Origin: Candidatus Poribacteria bacterium
Lineage (GTDB): Bacteria > Poribacteria > WGA-4E > WGA-3G
DNA: 64,000 nt
Direction of reading: 5' to 3'
NCBI GenBank assembly: GCA_028820845.1
Contig: JAPPII010000004.1
Coordinates: 20,314 to 84,313, forward strand
A program made the position numbers and the translations under genes. The notes under the pieces were generated by a model. It saw only the letters and a list, made by a program, of their open reading frames with translations. It was not told where the DNA came from and made no database searches. Positions 19,501 to 28,355 of this stretch are shown here, piece after piece (the first letter of the stretch is position 1; every line of letters begins with the position of its first letter).

Positions 19501-20078
19501 TTCAGAGCCAACTCATTATCTCAGAAGCGAATTTTACAAAGTACTTCCCAAGCCAAAGCGGTTATCAGTTTTTCCTTATCAAAACGCCACCCGAATTGCG
19601 AGAAGAGACGGCACAAGTCTTAGAGAAAACACTCGGTGACTACGGGTTTGACCTGACATCCGCATCGGCGCGATTGGCGAGCTATCGATCGGTTGAGAAT
19701 ACCTATATCTCCACTTTCCAGAGCCTCGGGGGTTTGGGTGTGTTACTCGGTACGTTCGGACTGGCACTGGTGCTGTTTAGAAATATTATCGAACGCCGTG
19801 GTGAACTCGCAACGCTCCGCGCGTTCGGATTCAGCCGACGCCTCCTCTCACGGATGTTATTCCTTGAAAGCTGCTTTCTGCTCACTGTCGGTATGTTCAT
19901 CGGGATTGTCGCAGGACTTGTGGCGATCCTGGCGACGCATGGACACTTTCCCGCTTTCCCGTGGATTTCCCTCACAATTACCTTGCTTTTTATCTTCGGT
20001 TTTGGTATAATTGCAAATGCCGTTGCAGTTACTATAGCACTCCGAAGTCCACTCTTGGCTACCCTTAAATCTGAATAA
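16575..20078 (+). CDS. Large FtsX-like ABC permease with a duplicated FtsX/MacB-type module and a large periplasmic region.
   Basis: Overlaps the ATPase gene by 25 nt. Multiple hydrophobic helices: N-terminal TVALCTAVATGVLAGALLVG, a central block and a C-terminal block GGLGVLLGTFGLALVLF...FLLTVGMFIGIVAGLVAIL. Confidence 0.75.
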   Translation: MQRHAKCLTQQTMHRFSWNALKHFWQIHLTVALCTAVATGVLAGALLVGDSVRGSLRSLTTERLGTIQHALLADHFFQPNILDRQNTVPTILLNGTVVAPQAQTRASKVNVIGVTEDFFTFWVGDPVPNLNKPPNQPFNTIVINEALQSELKVQIGDMLLVNVAQVADIHPEFLLGERDAAEAIQSLRLVISDIVPTKNAGRFNLRAHQNLPFNAFIALPTLQKALGQVDQVNALFTAETTPISSDQLTLTLEALDLNIQMHRDHLDLQSRQYLLKPVLSESALTVATENSISTLPTLTYLANTISANDRTVPYSTIVAFPTDEGEFSDDYRAKPNEIVLNTWTADDLGVKVGDEISITYYSVGADETYNTETASFLLKGIVPIEGIAADRGIIPEFPGIHDTADMSEWESPFPIDYTLIRSQDETYWDEYGPTPKAFISLETGKRLWQNRFGDLTTIRMKVPQGSDVQATRTLFETQFLKRIQPEQIGFQFLALQTEGLQAATGATDFGMLFSSLSILIILAVAWLVELFFRIGVEQRSHEIGILQAVGYPLAKIRRRFFLEGGSVAGIGTLLGCLLAIGYAQLMLFGLKTWWLPAIGTPFIAFHASLWSLLIGVCVTMVVMLNAIRVAVARIGRTSTATLLAGGADFDDAGVKPKSQETKTAGGLISKITFLGLGIWFGIIAGSHLFDDGWFGLIPLVLILAIILFSIRYGLHKAEGIYAHLTRQHINSMFLFCCIGVVIGVIIGYFPLVQWIRETVFSWFEHPVVQFLFSTLSILGVGWLAFSRWLASENVPKRFSRMRFAIKNAARQPQRSKVSVTTVSLACCIIVAVGANRHDAPPKTEYAFVAESALPLHHSLNTPDGRFELGFSDAASELLSASEIIPFRVLPGEDVSCLNLYQPQKPQILGASGAMLVKPPWQRLELSDLGEGRAPAMGDDNSLRWILHHNPDDDFLVQDEFGKPLLLDIETLQGSLFQSQLIISEANFTKYFPSQSGYQFFLIKTPPELREETAQVLEKTLGDYGFDLTSASARLASYRSVENTYISTFQSLGGLGVLLGTFGLALVLFRNIIERRGELATLRAFGFSRRLLSRMLFLESCFLLTVGMFIGIVAGLVAILATHGHFPAFPWISLTITLLFIFGFGIIANAVAVTIALRSPLLATLKSE

Positions 20079-20093
20079 TCACGAAAACACAGT

Positions 20094-20690
20094 ATGTTTG
20101 CGTTGAGAACGACACTTCATGTAGGATATGTGGTGCTGATTGCCTGCTCTCTCCTGATGCAAAGCGGGTGCTCCAGTGATTCTGAGACAGACACGCCGAG
20201 TGCGGTGAATCACACGGAATCGGCGTGGCGTTCTTATGCATCTGGGGACTATGCACAGGCACTGCTCAGTTTTGAGCGCGCCCTGAGTTTCGATGAAACG
20301 CTTGCGGATGCGCATAACGGCATTGGGTGGAGCCATCTCAGTCTATCGCTAAATCCGGTGCTTGCACAGCAGGCGTTCCAAAACGCTGTCCAATTGGACG
20401 CTTCAAATGCTGATGCTTGGGTCGGACTCGCGAACGTGCTCTATCTGCGGAATAAAGATGCCTCTGATTTCAGGGCTGCTATCCGTGCGACTGATAACGC
20501 ACTGCAAGGTGATGCCAAATACCTTTTTCGGCACGATTACCGTTCTAAAGCCGATCTCTATGCGCTGCGGGCATCGTGTTATTACTACCTCAACGAGATT
20601 CAATCTGCAAAGCAGGAAATTAGCAAGGTGCTACAAATTGATGCAACAAATAGGACTGCCATTGTCCTACAGAATTTAATAAAAGAATAG
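20094..20690 (+). CDS. Tetratricopeptide-repeat lipoprotein.
   Basis: Lipobox LLMQSGCSS. Repeated A..AL..F..AL....DA..G.GW TPR-like helices. Confidence 0.6.
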   Translation: MFALRTTLHVGYVVLIACSLLMQSGCSSDSETDTPSAVNHTESAWRSYASGDYAQALLSFERALSFDETLADAHNGIGWSHLSLSLNPVLAQQAFQNAVQLDASNADAWVGLANVLYLRNKDASDFRAAIRATDNALQGDAKYLFRHDYRSKADLYALRASCYYYLNEIQSAKQEISKVLQIDATNRTAIVLQNLIKE

Positions 20691-20925
20691 CGAACCGCGA
20701 ATCGCGAACCGTTTACCGCGAATCGCAAGACACAAACTATGGTAAACCTGAAAAATAAAAAGACACTTTACCCCGCCCCTGGTAGGTGCGGTTTCCAAGA
20801 CAGTGCTGAATGTCTGATTAATTCTAAGGTTTAGCATAAATGAACATTAAGAATTTAAATCGGTAATTCCAATTTTCCCCAAACTCAGTAGTAGTCTGTC
20901 AACCTTCAAATGATGGGGAAACCCC

Positions 20926-20997
20926 GGTTCGTAGTAGTGCGATTTATCGCACGTCAGGAACGGGCAATGAATTGCCCTACTACAAACTGCCTCTTAG
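20926..20997. repeat. 72-nt palindromic element: gttcgtagtag ... ctactacaaac termini with two internal hairpins. The second copy lies in inverse orientation at 25932-26003.
   Basis: ggttcgtagtagtgcgatttatcgcacgtcaggaacgggcaatgaattgccctactacaaac compared with the reverse complement of 25932-26003. Confidence 0.7.
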
Positions 20998-21185
20998 TTT
21001 AGATGTGACAGAACAGTAGGTGCGGTTTGTAACCGCACCGGATATTACCGAAATATTTTCTTAAACTTCATACAGCATACCGCGAACCGTTTACCGCGAA
21101 CCGTAAGACACAAACTAACAGTTTGTGGTACAAAAGACGCGAATAGCGAACCGCGATAAGCGAATAGCGAATAAGGAGAAAAATA

Positions 21186-22078
21186 TGTCTCAAGACGTTA
21201 TCACTTCTACACAGTTAACCAACTTATCACCTGCTCACAGTGGCAAGGTCCGAGACCTCTACGATCTCGGAGATGAACTCCTGATTGTATCCACCGATCG
21301 GATTTCGGCGTTCGATGTCGTTTTACCGAACGGTATTCCTGACAAAGGGAAAGTCTTGACCGGTTTATCCACGTTCTGGTTCAACTACACCGAATCTGTC
21401 GCCGACAATCATCTCATTACAACGGAAGTCGAGGATTATCCCGATGTCTTACAGTCGGATGCAGATCTTTTAAAAGGACGTTCTATGCTCGTCCGCAAAG
21501 CAGAACGCGTTGATGTTGAGTGCGTTGTGCGTGGCTATCTTGCAGGCTCTGGCTGGTCGTCGTATCAGAAAACCGGCGAAATCTGTGGGCAGAAACTGCC
21601 CCCAGGATTACAAGAGTCAGACCGGCTCCCAGAACTCCTTTTCACACCGACAACCAAAGCGGAACAGGGAGAACACGACGAACCAATCTCCATTGAAGAG
21701 ATGCGAAATGAGGTCGGCAGCGACTTGACGGATCGCTTGATTGATGCGAGTTTTGAACTCTTCAGAGCCGCCAGCCAACACGCTGAAAGTGCCGGAATTA
21801 TCCTCTGTGACACCAAGTTTGAGTTTGGGCAGCGCGACGGTAAACTGATTGTTATCGACGAAATTTTCACACCCGACTCCTCCCGTTTCTGGCCCGCCGA
21901 GCTCTACGAACCTGGTAGACCGCAGCAGAGTTTCGATAAACAGTTCGTCAGAGATTACCTTTCCGAGATCGGTTGGAACAAAGAACCGCCTGCCCCAGAA
22001 TTACCGGAGACTGTTATCTCTAAAACAAGCGAAAAATACCGCGAAGCGTATCGTCTCATTGTTGGTGAAGAATTGTAG
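21186..22078 (+). CDS. purC: Phosphoribosylaminoimidazole-succinocarboxamide (SAICAR) synthase.
   Basis: VRDLYDLGDELLIVSTDRISAFDVVLPNGIPDKGKVLTGLSTFWF. The RBS aaggag precedes the ATG at 21186. Confidence 0.9.
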
Positions 22079-22155
22079 GACTTACGCACGCAGCTCTGCT
22101 GTAGCACAAACTTTTAGTTTGTGTATTCTGTAGCACAAACTTTTAGTTTGTGTCC
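22075..22155. repeat. Partial MITE-like element: the left terminal repeat gtaggacttacgcac followed by two tandem gtagcacaaacttttagtttgtgt palindromes.
   Basis: Direct reading. No right-hand tgcgtaagtcc copy. Confidence 0.6.
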
Positions 22156-22169
22156 TGGAGTAACCCGAA

Positions 22170-23357
22170 ATGGCAAGTCCCCTGAACGGTATAAAAGTCT
22201 TGGACCTGACACGAGTGCTCGCCGGTCCTTATGCCACAATGCTTCTCGGCGATCTCGGTGCGGAGGTCATCAAGATTGAACAACCCGGTACAGGGGACGA
22301 ATCTCGCAATTTCGGTCCCTTCAAAAACGGGTTTAGTCTCTACTTCATGAGCGTCAATCGTGGGAAACGGAGCGTGACGCTCAACCTCAAGACCGAACGG
22401 GGACGCGCGATATTCAAACGGTTGTTGAATCAGACCGATATTCTGGTGGAGAATTTCCGTCCCGGAACGATGGAAAAATTGGGTTTGAGTTATGACACGC
22501 TCAAATCTGAGTATCCGTCGCTTATTTATGCAGCGTGTTCCGGTTTTGGGCAGACGGGTCCCTACGCGCAGCAGGGCGCGTATGATATGATTATCCAAGG
22601 GATGGGCGGTATTATCAGTATCACTGGTGAACCCGATAGACCCCCTGTGCGTGTCGGTACCTCTATCAGCGACATTACCGCTGCGCTCTTCACGACAATC
22701 GGTATCCTTTCTGCACTGCACCATCGCAACCAAACGGGTAAGGGACAGTTTGTTGATGTGGCAATGTTAGATAGTCTTGTTGCTGTTTTGGAAAATGCTG
22801 TTGTCCGCTATTTCGCAACGGGTGAGGCACCAAAACCGCTCGGGGCCAGACATCCAGCGATCACACCCTTCGAGGCGTTCGCATCTGCTGACGGACACGT
22901 TATTATTGCCCTTGGAAACGATACCCTTTGGTCAAAGTTCTGTGAGCACGTCGGTAGGCAGGAACTCATCTCGGATAAACGGTTTCGGACGAATGCAGAC
23001 CGAACAGAAAACCACGATCAACTCTTCCCGATCCTTTCGGAGATTATGTCGCAACGCGCAACAGACGATTGGATTGACGCACTCGGCACGATTGGTGTCC
23101 CCTGCGGTCCCATCAATGCGATGGACAAGGTTGTTACCCACCCACAAGTCCAAGCACGGGAGATGATTACACGCGTCGCACACAAAATCACGGGTGAAGT
23201 TGAAGTGCCGGGCGTACCTATTAAACTATCAGAAACCCCCGGCAGCGTGGACGCACCGGCACCGAGTCTCGGCGAACACACGGTTGAGGTCTTGACGGGT
23301 TTGTTGAAAATAGATACGGATGAAATCGAGCAGTTAAGGCAAGATGGGATCATTTAG
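22170..23357 (+). CDS. CaiB/BaiF family (class III) CoA-transferase.
   Basis: IKVLDLTRVLAGPYATMLLGDLGAEVIKIEQPGTGD is a family III CoA-transferase signature. Confidence 0.85.
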   Translation: MASPLNGIKVLDLTRVLAGPYATMLLGDLGAEVIKIEQPGTGDESRNFGPFKNGFSLYFMSVNRGKRSVTLNLKTERGRAIFKRLLNQTDILVENFRPGTMEKLGLSYDTLKSEYPSLIYAACSGFGQTGPYAQQGAYDMIIQGMGGIISITGEPDRPPVRVGTSISDITAALFTTIGILSALHHRNQTGKGQFVDVAMLDSLVAVLENAVVRYFATGEAPKPLGARHPAITPFEAFASADGHVIIALGNDTLWSKFCEHVGRQELISDKRFRTNADRTENHDQLFPILSEIMSQRATDDWIDALGTIGVPCGPINAMDKVVTHPQVQAREMITRVAHKITGEVEVPGVPIKLSETPGSVDAPAPSLGEHTVEVLTGLLKIDTDEIEQLRQDGII

Positions 23358-23587
23358 AACAAACCTTACCGCAAAATAGCGGTCAGCAGTCAGGTCGCTG
23401 CGCTCTCAGCAATCAGTGGATCGTGTGGCAATTTCGTTCGTTATCTTTGCCACAAGCTGCTCTTACTGACGGAAACTGAAACCGACAGTTGATGGGTATT
23501 CCTCTGACTGCTAAGAGTGGAGTGGAGCGTTAGCGGAACGGAACGCCCTGACACCTGACCGCTGACAACTACTTGAAAGGAGTCCAC

Positions 23588-25843
23588 ATGTCGGACGAAA
23601 CCTTGCAAACACTACACGGAACAACCCTTTTGACGCTGGAGGGAGATCTTGCTGCACGGATGGTCGAGACTCTTGACGGGTACGTTACCGACGCGGTAGC
23701 GAGTTCTCCTGAAAAACGCGGGGCTTTATGGAACCGAGATTACAGCTCTCACGATGCATACCTTAAATCCGTTGAACCCAATCGGGAACGGTTTAGAAAA
23801 CAGATTGGCTGCCTCGATGAACGGTTGCCAATTGAGGAACTCAGCTATGTAGCCACTACACGTACATCGGCGCGGATTCTCGAAAGCGAGAAGTACATTG
23901 TATCTCGCGTCCGGTGGCAGGTTTTTGATGCGGTTGACGGAGAAGGGTTGTTGTTAGAACCGACGCAAAATGTCCCGATTACTGGACAGGTTATCGCCCT
24001 ACCGGATGCCGACTGGACACCTGAAATGATCGCTGGAGTGACAGCGGATTTACCACCGAATGCCCAGTTCGCAAGGCGTTTGGCACAAGCGGGGTGTCGC
24101 GTCGTCGTTCCGCTCCTTATTAACCGCGAAGATACCTATTCGGGTAATCCAACCCTCGGTGCAATGACGAATCAACCCCACCGCGAATTCATCTACCGGA
24201 TGGCGTATCAACTCGGTCGGCATATCATCGGGTATGAAGTGCAGAAGGTGTTGTCGTTGGTGGACTGGATGTCGCATGCCGATGTACCGATTGGTGTTAT
24301 CGGTTACGGTGAAGGTGGTCTGATTGCACTCTACAGTGCCGCTGTGGATACACGGATTCAAGCGACGGCTGTCAGCGGCTATTTTCAATCGCGGCAAGCG
24401 GTCTGGCGAGAACCGATCTACAGGAATGTATGGGGATTGTTACACGAGTTTGGTGACGCTGAAATCGCTAGTCTCGTCGCGCCGCGTCCGCTAATTATTG
24501 AAGCGAGCCGTGGACCTGAAATTGCTGGTCCACCACCGCCGCGCTCGGGACGTGGAGGGGGTGCACCCGGACAATTGGTGTCACCGCCGCTCGATGCTGT
24601 AAAGTCGGAATTTGACCGCGCACGCGACTGTTATCAGCAACTCGGTGCTGAAAGTGCGGTCCATCTCATCTCTCCTGAAGACAGATTGCCAGGAGCTCAA
24701 GACACCTTGCGGACGTTCCTCACTGAACTGGGTGCGGAAGGTGTGTCTATTGACAGCTCCCCGCTACTCGCACCATCAGACGTTGACGACTTCGATTATG
24801 CGGCACAGCAGCAGCGGCAGTTTATGCAATTGGTGAATCTGACGCAACGCTTTCTCCGAGAAGCCGCATCGCGACGGCAACAGTTCTTCTGGGAAAAGAC
24901 GGATACCTCGTCGCTTGAAAGTTGGGGAGAGACCTGCCGGGATCCGAAAGTCTATTTCTGGGACGAAGTTATCGGTAGATGTCCGGCTCCCGACGTGCCT
25001 GCCAATCCGAGGACACGACTCATCTATGATGAACCGAACTGGAAAGGGTATGAAGTTGTGCTTGATGTCTGGAAGGACGTTTTTGCCTACGGCATCTTGC
25101 TGCTCCCGAACGACCTGCAACCCGAAGAACAGCGTCCCGTCGTTGTCTGTCAACACGGTTTGGAAGGAAGACCACAGGATACTGCCGATCCGAAAATAGA
25201 GTCCGTTTATTACGCTTACGCCGCAAGTTTGGCAGACAGAGGGTTTATCGCTTATGCCCCGCAGAACCCATACATCGGTCAGGATGCCTTCCGGGTCATC
25301 CAACGCAAAGGGAATCCAATAAAATGGTCGCTCTTTTCACTCATCATTCGCCAACATGAACGGACGCTTGACTGGCTCGCGGCGCAGCCCTTCGTTGATG
25401 CCGATCGGATTGGGTTTTACGGATTATCCTACGGTGGGAAGACGGCGATGCGGGTGCCGGCTGTGCTTGACCGTTACGCCTGCTCCATCTGTTCTGCGGA
25501 TTTCAACGAATGGATCGTGAAAAATGCCACTTTTGACGCTCGTTATAGTTATATGTTCGGCGGCGAGTATGAGATGCCGGAGTTCGATCTGGGAAACACG
25601 TTCAACTACGGCGAGATGGCGGGATTGATTGCGCCGCGTCCGTTCATGGTGGAACGCGGACACGAAGACGGTGTCGCACCTGACGAATGGGTCGCCCACG
25701 AATTCGCTGTTGTTCGACGACTTTATGTCCAACTCGGTATTGCCGATAGAACGGAGATTGAGTTCTTTGACGGCGGGCATCAGATTAACGCTGAAGCCAC
25801 ATTCCGTTTCCTCCATCGCCACCTAAATTGGCCCGAACCGTAG
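23588..25843 (+). CDS. Two-module alpha/beta-hydrolase-fold protein. The N-terminal module lacks the Ser nucleophile; the C-terminal module has GxSxG and His.
   Basis: N-terminal module ...VIGYGEGGLIALYSAAV..., with Glu at the nucleophile position. C-terminal module GFYGLSYGGKTAM plus ...FFDGGHQ.... The RBS aaggag precedes the ATG at 23588. Confidence 0.55.
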   Translation: MSDETLQTLHGTTLLTLEGDLAARMVETLDGYVTDAVASSPEKRGALWNRDYSSHDAYLKSVEPNRERFRKQIGCLDERLPIEELSYVATTRTSARILESEKYIVSRVRWQVFDAVDGEGLLLEPTQNVPITGQVIALPDADWTPEMIAGVTADLPPNAQFARRLAQAGCRVVVPLLINREDTYSGNPTLGAMTNQPHREFIYRMAYQLGRHIIGYEVQKVLSLVDWMSHADVPIGVIGYGEGGLIALYSAAVDTRIQATAVSGYFQSRQAVWREPIYRNVWGLLHEFGDAEIASLVAPRPLIIEASRGPEIAGPPPPRSGRGGGAPGQLVSPPLDAVKSEFDRARDCYQQLGAESAVHLISPEDRLPGAQDTLRTFLTELGAEGVSIDSSPLLAPSDVDDFDYAAQQQRQFMQLVNLTQRFLREAASRRQQFFWEKTDTSSLESWGETCRDPKVYFWDEVIGRCPAPDVPANPRTRLIYDEPNWKGYEVVLDVWKDVFAYGILLLPNDLQPEEQRPVVVCQHGLEGRPQDTADPKIESVYYAYAASLADRGFIAYAPQNPYIGQDAFRVIQRKGNPIKWSLFSLIIRQHERTLDWLAAQPFVDADRIGFYGLSYGGKTAMRVPAVLDRYACSICSADFNEWIVKNATFDARYSYMFGGEYEMPEFDLGNTFNYGEMAGLIAPRPFMVERGHEDGVAPDEWVAHEFAVVRRLYVQLGIADRTEIEFFDGGHQINAEATFRFLHRHLNWPEP

Positions 25844-25868
25844 TTCTATTGTTTACAGTGCCTCCGCC

Positions 25869-25906
25869 TCTTCTTGTAGGAGCGAGCTGTGCTCGCGACT
25901 TGTATG
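25869..25906. repeat. REP-like palindrome tcttcttgtaggagcgagctgtgctcgcgactt. Copies also at 29570-29612 and 63283-63318.
   Basis: Three near-identical copies in intergenic positions. Confidence 0.8.
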
Positions 25907-26049
25907 CTGCTTCGTTTGCTTTCAAATTACGGTTTGTAGTAGGGAAACCATTCATTGCCCGTTGTTGAACTTCGGACGTGCGATGAATCGCACTACTACG
26001 AACCTATCCTAACATTCAGAATGGATGAAACACTACGTATTGCAAAATC

Positions 26050-27102
26050 ATGCTTTATTCTATCATTGTAAGCGCGGGACTGGAAACAATCGCACGCGAG
26101 GAATTAACCGAACGCTTTGGCGACACCGGACACCTGAAAATCCTTGAACGCAGACCCCAACGACTCCTTTTTCAGTATAGGGGCAACCCGCGCGATTTGT
26201 TGTCCCTACGAACAGCAGAGCATCTTTTTTTCGTCCTGAAGCGGACACCGAAAATGACGCGCTCACGGAGTTCTCTGGCGGCATTGAGCGGTTCGCTCAC
26301 ACGCTTCAATTTCAAAGAGATGTCCGAGTGTTGTCGGCAAGTCGGTATCAATGTCCGAAAGCGCACACCGTTTCGGGTGACAAGTCGGTTGTCTGGGAAG
26401 CGCAACTTTCGGAGACTTGACCTTCAGCGCGTCGTGGAACGTGCCTTATTGGATCGCGGATGGTATCTGGCGAAGGGTGGCGCGTCACTGGATATATGGG
26501 CAGAGGTACACGGAGACGACGGTTATATTAGCGTCAAACTCTCATCGAACGAGATGGCACAGCGTCCCTATAAACACGCACATATACCGGCATCGCTCAA
26601 ACCGACGGTAGCATACAGCATGGTGCGGCTTTCACGTCCACATCCGACCGATGTCTTTTTGGACGCTATGTGTGGTGCAGGGACCATTCTATTGGAACGT
26701 GCGTTCATCGGTCGCTACGGTTACCTCATCGGCGGTGATATTTCTACAGAGGCGTTGGATGCCACTGTGGTGAATTTCGGTAGACAACATCAACCGCGTC
26801 AGTTCTTCCGTTGGGATGCGCACACCTTACCCCTACAGCCGAACACGGTCGATAAGATTGTCTGTAACCTTCCATTCGGCGAGACAATCGGGAATATCTC
26901 ACAACTCACAAACCTATACCGCCAGTGTCTTGGAGAGTATGCGCGCGTTCTGAGACCGAGAGGCAGGATGGTGCTGCTCACCTCGCAACGCGAATTGCTT
27001 CAGAGAGCACTCAAACAACAACGTTCCCTCAGGGTTACCCAACAATTAACGGTCGATGTCCGCGGCATGCGCGCATGGATTTATGTTATTCGCTTCACAT
27101 AG
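26050..27102 (+). CDS. THUMP-domain class I SAM-dependent RNA methyltransferase (RlmL/Trm14-like).
   Basis: FLDAMCGAGTILLERA (SAM-binding motif I of the THUMP-MTase family) and VCNLPFGE (a D/NPP(Y/F)-type catalytic motif). Confidence 0.7.
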   Translation: MLYSIIVSAGLETIAREELTERFGDTGHLKILERRPQRLLFQYRGNPRDLLSLRTAEHLFFVLKRTPKMTRSRSSLAALSGSLTRFNFKEMSECCRQVGINVRKRTPFRVTSRLSGKRNFRRLDLQRVVERALLDRGWYLAKGGASLDIWAEVHGDDGYISVKLSSNEMAQRPYKHAHIPASLKPTVAYSMVRLSRPHPTDVFLDAMCGAGTILLERAFIGRYGYLIGGDISTEALDATVVNFGRQHQPRQFFRWDAHTLPLQPNTVDKIVCNLPFGETIGNISQLTNLYRQCLGEYARVLRPRGRMVLLTSQRELLQRALKQQRSLRVTQQLTVDVRGMRAWIYVIRFT

Positions 27103-27173
27103 CGTTGACACGCCACCTTGTATTGTACCACAAACTGTTAGTTTGTGTCTTCTCGCTGTTCATCAGAAAGCAC

Positions 27174-28259
27174 CTAAATCTCAGGCACTCGGACCGCAAC
27201 CTCTTTCCCTGCTGCGTGTGAGCGGAAGATACCGTCCATAATCACATTCGTGAGTAGGACACCCTCTGGGGGTATCGGAGACGGTGCGTCCGCTTTAACG
27301 GCTTCACGGAACGCCGTCATCTGTGCCTCCCAAACATCGACCTCTGGGAATCCTGAGAGTTGGATCGTGGTCATCCCCTCTGGTGGGTTCGGCGCTGCTG
27401 TCAAACCTTCCGATTCAACTAACTTCTTAAGTTCACCGCCGTATTCATCGGCATAGATAGTGGGTCCACCCAAAGAGATACCCATTTCCTTACCGAGACA
27501 GAAACTCGGACCGAGTGAATCCTGATGAATTGCCCAAGAGATCTTGAACACCATCACGCTGCCGTCTTCAAACCGGACCCACGCCACACCGAACTCTTCG
27601 ACATCCATAATACCGCGGAACCTCGGATCTTGCTGCGAAATATAGTCTTCGGTGATAGCCGAGACGCGCACGGGTTTCGGATACCCCATCGCATACAACG
27701 AGTTGTGCATGTTATAGACCCCGATGTCAACGATTGCACCGGCACCCGCAGTCTTTTTATAGATGAACGTACGCCCTGGATTCCCACGCCGTCTGCCTCC
27801 TGAGGATTCGGAATAGTAGATGTCGCCGAGAAAACCTTCATCGATGACCTTCTTGGCGAACTGGAGTCTCGGATTGAACGTGCTGTGGAGACCGATTTGC
27901 AGGATTTTACCGGATGCCTTTGCTGCGCGTGCCATAGCCGTTGCATCGGGGAGTTTGGCTGCCATCGGTTTTTCACAGAAGACGTGTTTACCGGCATTCA
28001 GTGCCGCGACAGTGGGTCGGCGGTGACCTTGGTTGTAAGTACAGACGCTAACTGTATCGATCTCGTCCATCTCAAGCATTTTGTTGTAGCTTGTGAAGAC
28101 GTGTTTTTTCGGGACACCCCACTGTTCGGCGGCTTCGTTTGCCTTGCTTTTGATGATGTCGCAGACGGCAACGATCTCAAAACCCCCGACTTTCATGTAG
28201 GTTCTCTGGTGTGCGCGGGAAATACCACCTGTGCCCACAATACCGACTCGAATCGTCAT
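27174..28259 (-). CDS. Gfo/Idh/MocA family NAD(P)-dependent oxidoreductase, copy 1 of a tandem pair.
   Basis: MTIRVGIVGTGGISRAHQ...VAVCDI... N-terminal Rossmann fold. Largely identical to 28356-29441. Confidence 0.85.
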   Translation of the reverse strand: MTIRVGIVGTGGISRAHQRTYMKVGGFEIVAVCDIIKSKANEAAEQWGVPKKHVFTSYNKMLEMDEIDTVSVCTYNQGHRRPTVAALNAGKHVFCEKPMAAKLPDATAMARAAKASGKILQIGLHSTFNPRLQFAKKVIDEGFLGDIYYSESSGGRRRGNPGRTFIYKKTAGAGAIVDIGVYNMHNSLYAMGYPKPVRVSAITEDYISQQDPRFRGIMDVEEFGVAWVRFEDGSVMVFKISWAIHQDSLGPSFCLGKEMGISLGGPTIYADEYGGELKKLVESEGLTAAPNPPEGMTTIQLSGFPEVDVWEAQMTAFREAVKADAPSPIPPEGVLLTNVIMDGIFRSHAAGKEVAVRVPEI

Positions 28260-28355
28260 ACTATTCTCCCCTCGTAAGTAGAATTAAATGAGGATGGTTC
28301 ATTATTCACAGAATTTTCGTACCGCAAACTGTTAGTTTGCAGGCTGCCAAAAACC

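Noticed and set aside
20926-20997. tRNA gene?
   Set aside because: The 72-nt element has no tRNA-like acceptor/T-arm pattern (no GTTCRANYC) and exists as a perfect inverted duplicate 5 kb away. It is treated as a repeat element.
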